A stretch of DNA of 64,000 nt from the human T2T-CHM13v2.0 reference genome, Homo sapiens, in the NCBI RefSeq assembly GCF_009914755.1, contig NC_060948.1; one strand, given 5' to 3'. Every line of letters starts with the position of its first letter. Within the stretch, counting starts at the first letter, position 1. The notes under the pieces were generated by a model. That model was not told the origin of the DNA. It ran no database searches and saw nothing but the letters and a program-made list of their open reading frames with translations. Of this stretch, positions 56,898 to 64,000 are shown one piece after another. Position numbers and translations under genes: made by a program.

Positions 56898-59800
56898 TGA
56901 ATCAACAGGAATGGAAGGGAATAGAATAGACTGTAATGCAATGGACTCGAATAGAATGGACACGAATGCTCAAATTAAATGGACTCGAATGGAATGGAAA
57001 CGAAAGGAATGTCATCGAATGGAATTGAATCGATTGGAATGAAATCGCATAGAATGGAGTGGAATCAAATGGAATTGAATCGAAAGGAAAGGAAGCGAAT
57101 GGACTGAAATGAAATGGAATGGAATTGAATGGAAAGTAATGCAATGGAATAGAATGGAACGAAATTTCACGGAATGGAATCAAACTGAATGGAATCAAAT
57201 CAATGGAATCAAATCAAATGGAATGGAAAGGAATTGAATGGAGTAGATGGGATTGGATGGGATTGGAATGAAATGTACTGGAAAGGACTCGAATTTCATG
57301 AAACGGAATGGAATGAATTGGAACGGAATGGACTCGAATGGAATGGAATGTCATGGGATGGCATCAAATGGAATGGCATCAAATGGAATGGAATCGAATG
57401 CAATGGAATGCTATGGAATGGAATGGAATGCATTGGAATGGAATGTCCTCTAATGGAATGGATTCGAGTGGAATGGAATTGAATATAATGGAGTCGAATG
57501 AAATGGAATTGAAAGGAATGGGATCGAATACAATGGAATATACTGGAATGTAACGTAATGAACTCGAATGTAATTGACTGGAATGGAATGTACATGAATG
57601 GAATGTAATCGAATGGAAAGTAATCCAATGGAATAGAATCTAATGCAATAAAATCGACTCAGATAGAGTAGAATGTAATGGAATGGAGTGCAGTGCAATA
57701 GAATGGAATGCAATGGAATGGAATGGAATGGAATGGAATGGAATGGAATGGAATGGAATGGGATGGAATGGTATGGAATGGATAGTAATGGACTGGAGTG
57801 AAATGGACTGGAAAGGAATGGACTCAAATTGAAAGGTCTCGAAAGGAATGGAGTCAAATGGAATGGTCTGGAATGGAATGAACACGAATGTAATGCAACC
57901 CAATAGAATGGAATCGAATGGCATGGAATATAAAGAAATGGAATCGAAGAGAATGGAAACAAATGGAATGGAATTGAATGGAATGGAATTGAATGGAATG
58001 GGAACGAATGGAGTGAAATTGTATGCAGTAGAAGAGAATAGAATGGAATGCAAGCGAAAGGAAAGGAATGGATTGGAATGGAATGGAATTCATTGGAATG
58101 GAAGGGAATGTAGTGTAATGGACAGGCCTGGAATAAAGTGGAATGCTACGGTCTCGAATGGAATAAAAATGTATGGAATGGAATGCAATGAAACGGAATC
58201 GAATGTCATAGAATGTAATGGAATGCAAAAAAATGGAATCCAAAATCATTGACTGGAAAGGCTGGGTGTCGAAAGGAATTGACTCCAATGGAATGGAATC
58301 GAATGGAATGGAAGTGAATAGAATCGAACTAAATCGAATGGAATGGAATTGATAGGAACGGAATGGAAAGGAATGCAATGATTTGGCATGGAATGGAATC
58401 GAATGGCATCGAATGGAATGGAATGGAATGCAATGGAATGGAATGTATTAGAATGTAATGAACTTTAATGGAATGTACTCGAATGGATTCGACTGGAATG
58501 GAATGTTCTGGAAGTGAATGGACTCCAATGGAATGGATTCAAAAGGAATGGAATCGTACGGAATGGAATCTAATGGAATGGAATTAAATGGAAATGAATC
58601 AAATTGAATAGCACGGAATTGAATTGAATGGAATGGAATGCAATGGAATCTAATGAAACGGAAAGGAAAGGAATGGAATGGAATGGAATGGGCTGGAATG
58701 GAAAGGAATCGAAACGAATGGAATGGAATCGAAGTGAAGAGACTGGAATGGAATGCACTGGAATGGAAGGGAGTGTAATGGAAGGTTCTCGAAAAAAATG
58801 GAATCGAATGGAATGGAATTGAATGGAACGGAATAGAGTCGAATGGAATTGAATGGAATGGAATGGACTAGAGTGAAATGGAATCGAACCACAAGGAATG
58901 GACAGGAATAGAATGGTCTCGAATTGAATGGAATCGTATGGAATGGCATCAAACGGAATGGAATGGACAGCCACGGAATGGAATGCACTCGAATGCAATG
59001 GAGTCGAAACTAATGGACTGGAATAGAATGGACTCGACTGGTACGGACTCCAATGGAATGGAATCGAATGGAAGGGAATCGAACGGAAGGGAAACGAACG
59101 GAATGGACTCGAAGGGAAAAGACTGCAATGGAAAGGTCTCGAATGGAATGGAAATTAATGGAATGGAATAGAATCGAATGAAATGGAGTCAAAAGGAATG
59201 GAATCGAATGGCAAGAAATCGAATGTAATGGAATCGCCAGGAATTGATGTGAACGGAACGGAATGGAATGGAATCCAAAGGAATGGAATAGAATGGAATG
59301 GAATCGAATGGAAAGGACTCGAATGGAAATCACTCGAATAGAATGCAATTTAATAAAATAGGATCAAATGTAATGGAATGGAATGGAAAGGAATCGAAAC
59401 GAAAGGAATGGAGACAGATGGAATGGAATGGAACAGAGAGCAATGGTATAGAATGGAATGGAATCATCTGGAATGGAATTGAATGGAATGGAATAATATG
59501 AAATGGAATGGAATGGAATGGAATGGAATGCCCTTGAATTAAATGGACTAGAATGGAATGGACTCCAACAGAGTGGAATGGAAAGTGTGGAGATAGAATG
59601 GAATGAACTCCTTTGGAATGGTGTAGTATGCAATGCAATCGACTGGCAGGGAATCAAAAGGTATGTAATCGAATGGATTGGACTGGAATGCAAAGGACAC
59701 GAATAGATTGGAAACGGAATGCAAAGGAATGGAATGGAATAGTATGGAATGCAATGGAAGGGAATGGATTGGAATAGACTAGAGTGGAATGGAATGGACT

Positions 59801-60471
59801 GGAAAGCAATGGACTGGAATGGAACTTTCTTGGATGGACTGGAATCAAACGGAATGGAATGCAGTGTAATCAAATGGCATGGAATAAAATAGAATGAAAG
59901 AGAATCAAATGGAATTGAATCGAATGGAATCGAATGGATTGGAAAGGAATAGAATGGAATGGAATGGAATTGACTCAAATGGAATGGACTAGAATGGAAT
60001 GGATTCGAATGGAAGGCAAAGGAATGGAATCTATTGGAATGGACTGTAATGGAATGGAATGGAAGGGATTGGAATGGACTCGAATGGAATGGACTGCAAT
60101 AGAAAGGATTCGAATGGAATGAAAAAGAATTGAATGGAATAGAACAGAATGGAATCAAATCGAATGAAATGGAATGGAATAGAAAGGAATGGAATGAAAT
60201 GGAATGGAAAGGATTCGAATGGAATGCAATCGAATGGAATGGAATCGAACGGAATGGAATAAAATGGAAGAAAACTGGCAAGAAATGGAATCGAAATGAA
60301 TGGAGTGTTATGGAACGGACTCAAAAGGAATTGAATGTAATAGAATGGAGTGGAGTGGACTCGAATATAATGGACTGGAATGGAATGAAATCACATGGAA
60401 TGGGAACGAATGGAATGGAATGGAAAGGAATGGAATCGAATGGAAAGGAATCGAATGGAAGGGAATGAAAT
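56898..60471 (+). repeat. DYZ1 unit U17 (3574 bp)
   Basis: Landmark at 56898 and 60472. EcoRI site present again at 58086. 15-bp duplication near 59085. Confidence 0.93.
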
Positions 60472-63400
60472 TGAATCAACAGGAATGGAAGGGAATAGAA
60501 TAGACGGTAATGGAATGGACTCGAATAGAATGGACACGAATGCTCAAATTGAATGGACTCGAATGGAATGGAAACGAAAGGAATGTCATCGAATGGAATT
60601 GAATCGATTGGAATGAAATCGCATAGAATGGAGTGGAATCAAATGGAATTGAATCGAAAGGAATGGAAGCGAATGGACTCAAATGAAATGGAATGGAATT
60701 GAATGGAAAGTAATGCAATGGAATAGAATGGAACGAAATTTCACGGAATGGAATCAAACTGAATGGAATCAAATCAATGGAATCAAATCAAATGGAATGG
60801 AAAGGAATTGAATGGAGTAGATTGGATTGGATGGGATTGGAATGAAATGTACTGGAAAGGACTCGAATTTCATGAAACGGAATGGAATGAATTGGAACGG
60901 AATGGACTCGAATGGAATGGAATGTCAAGGAATGGCATCAAATGGAATGTCATCAAATGGAATGGAATGGAATGCTATGGAATGGAATGGAATGCATTGG
61001 AATGGAATGTCCTCTAATGGAATGGATTCGAGTGGAATGGAATCGAATACACTGGAGTCGAATGAAATGGAATTGAAAGGAGTGGGATCGAATACAATGG
61101 AATATACTGGAATGTAATGTAATGAACTCGAATGTAATTGACTGGAATGGAATGTACATGAATGGAATGTAATCGATTGGAAAGTAATCCAATGGAATAG
61201 AATCTAATGCAATAAAATCGACTCAGATAGAGTAGAATGTAATGGAATGGAGTGCAGTGCAATGGAATGGAATGGAATGGAATGCAATGGAATGGAATGG
61301 AATGGAATGGGATGGAATGGTATGGAATGGACAGTAATGGACTGGAGTGAAATGGACTGGAAAGGAATGGACTCAAATTGAAAGGGCTCGAAAGGAATGG
61401 AGTCAAATGGAATGGTCTGGAATGGAATGAACACGAATGTAATGCAATCCAATAGAATGGAATCGAATGGCATGGAATATAAAGAAATGGAATCGAAGAG
61501 AATGGAAACAAATGGAATGGAATTGAATGGAATGGGAACGAATGGAGTGAAATTGTATGCAGTAGAAGAGAATAGAATGGAATGCAAGCGAAAGGAAAGG
61601 AATGGATTGGAATGGAATGGAATTCATTGGAATGGAGGGGAATGTAGTGTAATGGACAGGCCTGGAATAAAGTGGAATGCTACGGTCTCGAATGGAATAA
61701 AAATGTATGGAATGGAAAGCAATGAAACGGAATCGAATGTCATAGAATGTAATGGAATGCAAAAAAATGGAATCCAAAATCATTGACTGGAAAGGCTGGG
61801 TGTCGAAAGGAATTGACTCCAATGGAATGGAATCGAATGGAATGGAAGTGAATAGAATCGAACTAAATCGAATGGAATGGAATTGATAGGAACGGAATGG
61901 AAAGGAATGCAATGATTTGGCATGGAATGCAATCGAATGGCATCGAATGGAATGGAATGGAATGCAATGGAATGGAATGTATTAGAATGTAATGAACTTT
62001 AATGGAATGTACTCGAATGGATTCGACTGGAATGGAATGTTCTGGAAGTGAATGGACTCCAATGGAATGGATTCAAAAGGAATGGAATCGTACGGAATGG
62101 AATCTAATGGAATGGAATTAAATGGAAATGAATCAAATTGAATAGCACGGAATTGAATTGAATGGAATGGAATGCAATGGAATCTAATGAAACGGAAAGG
62201 AATGGAATGGAATGGAATGGAATGGGCTGGAATGGAAAGGAATCGAAACGAATGGAATGGAATCGAAGTGAAGAGACTGGAATGGAATGCACTGGAATGG
62301 AAGGGAGTGTAATGGAAGGTTCTCGAAAAAAATGGAATCGAATGGAATGGAATTGAATGGAACGGAATAGAGTCGAATGGAATTGAATGGAATGGAATGG
62401 ACTAGAGTGAAATGGAATCGAACCACAAGGAATGGACAGGAATAGAATGGTCTCGAATTGAATGGAATCGTATGGAATGACATCAAACGGAATGGAATGG
62501 ACAGCCACGGAATGGAATGCACTCGAATGCAATGGAGTCGAAACAAATGGACTGGAATAGAATGGACTCGACTGGTACGGACTCCAATGGAATGGAATCG
62601 AATGGAAGGGAATCGAACGGAAGGGAATCGAACGGAATGGACTCGAAGGGAAAAGACTGCAATGGAAAGGTCTCGAATGGAATGGAAATTAATGGAATGG
62701 AATGGAATCGAATGAAATGGAGTCAAAAGGAATGGAATCGAATGGCAAGAAATCGAATGTAATGGAATCGCAAGGAATTGATGTGAACGGAACGGAATGG
62801 AATGGAATCCAAAGGAATGGAATAGAATGGAATGGAATCGAATGGAAAGGACTCGAATGGAAATCACTCGAATAGAATGCAATTTAATAAAATAGGATCA
62901 AATGTAATGGAATGGAATGGAAAGCAATCGAAACGAAAGGAATGGAGACAGATGGAATGGAATAGAACAGAGAGCAATGGTATAGAATGGAATGGAATCA
63001 TCTGGAATGGAATTGAATGGAATGGAATAATATGAAATGGAATGGAATGGAATGGAATGGAATGCCCTTGAATTAAATGGACTGGAATGGAATGGACTCG
63101 AACAGAGTGGAATGGAAAGTGTTGAGATAGAATGGAATGGACTCCTTTGGAATGGTGTAGTATGCAATGCAATCGACTGGCAGGGAATCAAAAGGAATGT
63201 AATCGAATGGATTGGACTGGAATGCAATGGACTCGAATAGATTGCAAACGGAATGCAAAGGAATGGAATGGAATAGTATGGAATGGAATGGAAAGGAATG
63301 GAGTGGAATAGACTAGAGTGGAATGGAATGGACTGGAAAGCAATGGACTGGAATGGAACTTTCTTGAATGGACTGGAATCAAACGGAATGGAATGCAATG

Positions 63401-63989
63401 CAATCAAATGGCATGGAATAAAATAGAATGAAAGAGAATCAAATGGAATTGAATCGAATGGAATCGAATGGATTGGAAAGAATAGAATGGAATGGAATGG
63501 AATGGACTAGAATGGAATGGATTCGAATGGAAGGCAAAGGAATGGAATCTATTGGAATGGACTGTAATGGAATGGAATGGAAGGGATTGGAATGGACTCG
63601 AATGGAATGGACTGCAATAGAAAGGATTCGAATGGAATGAAAAAGAATTGAATGGAATAGAACAGAATGGAATCAAATCGAATGAAATGGAATGGAATAG
63701 AAAGGAATGGAATGAAATGGAATGGAAAGGATTCGAATGGAATGCAATCGAATGGAATGGAATCGAACGGAATGGAATAAAATGGAAGAAAACTGGCAAG
63801 AAATGGAATCGAAATGAATGGAGTGTTATGGAACGGACTCAAAAGGAATTGAATGTAATAGAATGGAGTGGAGTGGACTCGAATATAATGGACTGGAATG
63901 GAATGAAATCACATGGAATGGGAACGAATGGAATGGAATGGAAAGGAATGGAATCGAATGGAAAGGAATCGAATGGAAGGGAATGAAAT
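60472..63989 (+). repeat. DYZ1 unit U18 (3518 bp)
   Basis: Landmark at 60472 and 63990. Several indels (-10, -15, +15, -1, -15) and a short variable tract. Confidence 0.93.
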
Positions 63990-64000
63990 TGAATCAACAG

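Larger units (their letters stand above)
1..64000 (+). repeat. DYZ1: Human Satellite 3 (GGAAT)n array with ~3.55 kb higher-order unit, DYZ1 family (Yq12 heterochromatin)
   Basis: Degenerate GGAAT pentamers run from first to last base with no strand switch. Landmark GGCC (in GGACAGGCCTGG) at 1223, 4787, 8356, 11885, 15434, 18967, 22516, 26070, 29634, 33203, 36771, 40340, 43894, 47448, 51007, 54576, 58125, 61659 (spacing 3529-3569, first = 3564). An EcoRI site lies 39 bp upstream in 10 of 18 units. A 3564-bp HaeIII/EcoRI-defined pentamer unit is the established DYZ1 signature. Confidence 0.97.

Noticed and set aside
1-64000. CRISPR-like or other repeat-spacer array
   Set aside because: No constant repeat alternating with unique spacers and no cas-like genes; it is a continuous degenerate pentamer.
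1-64000. DYZ2 (HSat1B/Alu-containing) block, Alu/L1 insertion or inversion breakpoint
   Set aside because: No non-pentamer segment and no CATTC-oriented stretch on the + strand was seen anywhere in the window.
1-64000. HSat2 assignment or EWS-FLI1-type GGAA microsatellite
   Set aside because: Period is 5 bp with GGAAT dominance; there is no HSat2 23/26-bp CATTCGATTC structure and no (GGAA)n tetramer runs.
1-64000. CpG island or novel methylation code from abundant TCGA
   Set aside because: CGAAT is a common HSat3 pentamer variant; CGAAT>CAAAT/TGAAT changes are ordinary methyl-CpG decay.

Overview
The whole 64 kb window is one uninterrupted, single-orientation tandem array of human Satellite 3 (GGAAT on + strand, CATTC on - strand). 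It is organised as a ~3.55 kb higher-order repeat matching the Y-specific DYZ1 satellite of Yq12 heterochromatin. The landmark TGAATCAACAGG defines exactly 18 units (U1-U18, 1-63989, lengths 3518-3574 bp) plus 11 bp. The landmark GGACAGGCCTGG (HaeIII/StuI) recurs once per unit, and the first interval is the classical 3564 bp. I find no genuine genes, RNA genes, mobile elements or CRISPR arrays; all listed ORFs are translations of the pentamer (GMEWN / HSIPF). I cannot support a new biological system here. The most interesting signals are: (1) three in-phase perfect heat-shock elements (nGAAnnTTCnnGAAn) per unit, with most substitutions falling at the degenerate positions; (2) a recently amplified, near-homogeneous block of ~8 units (about 26.5-55.5 kb) that has lost the diagnostic EcoRI site; (3) long-range sharing of private variants between non-adjacent units; (4) quantised 5/10/15-bp indels and four fixed phase breaks per unit. 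All variant calls were made by eye and should be confirmed by a multiple alignment.
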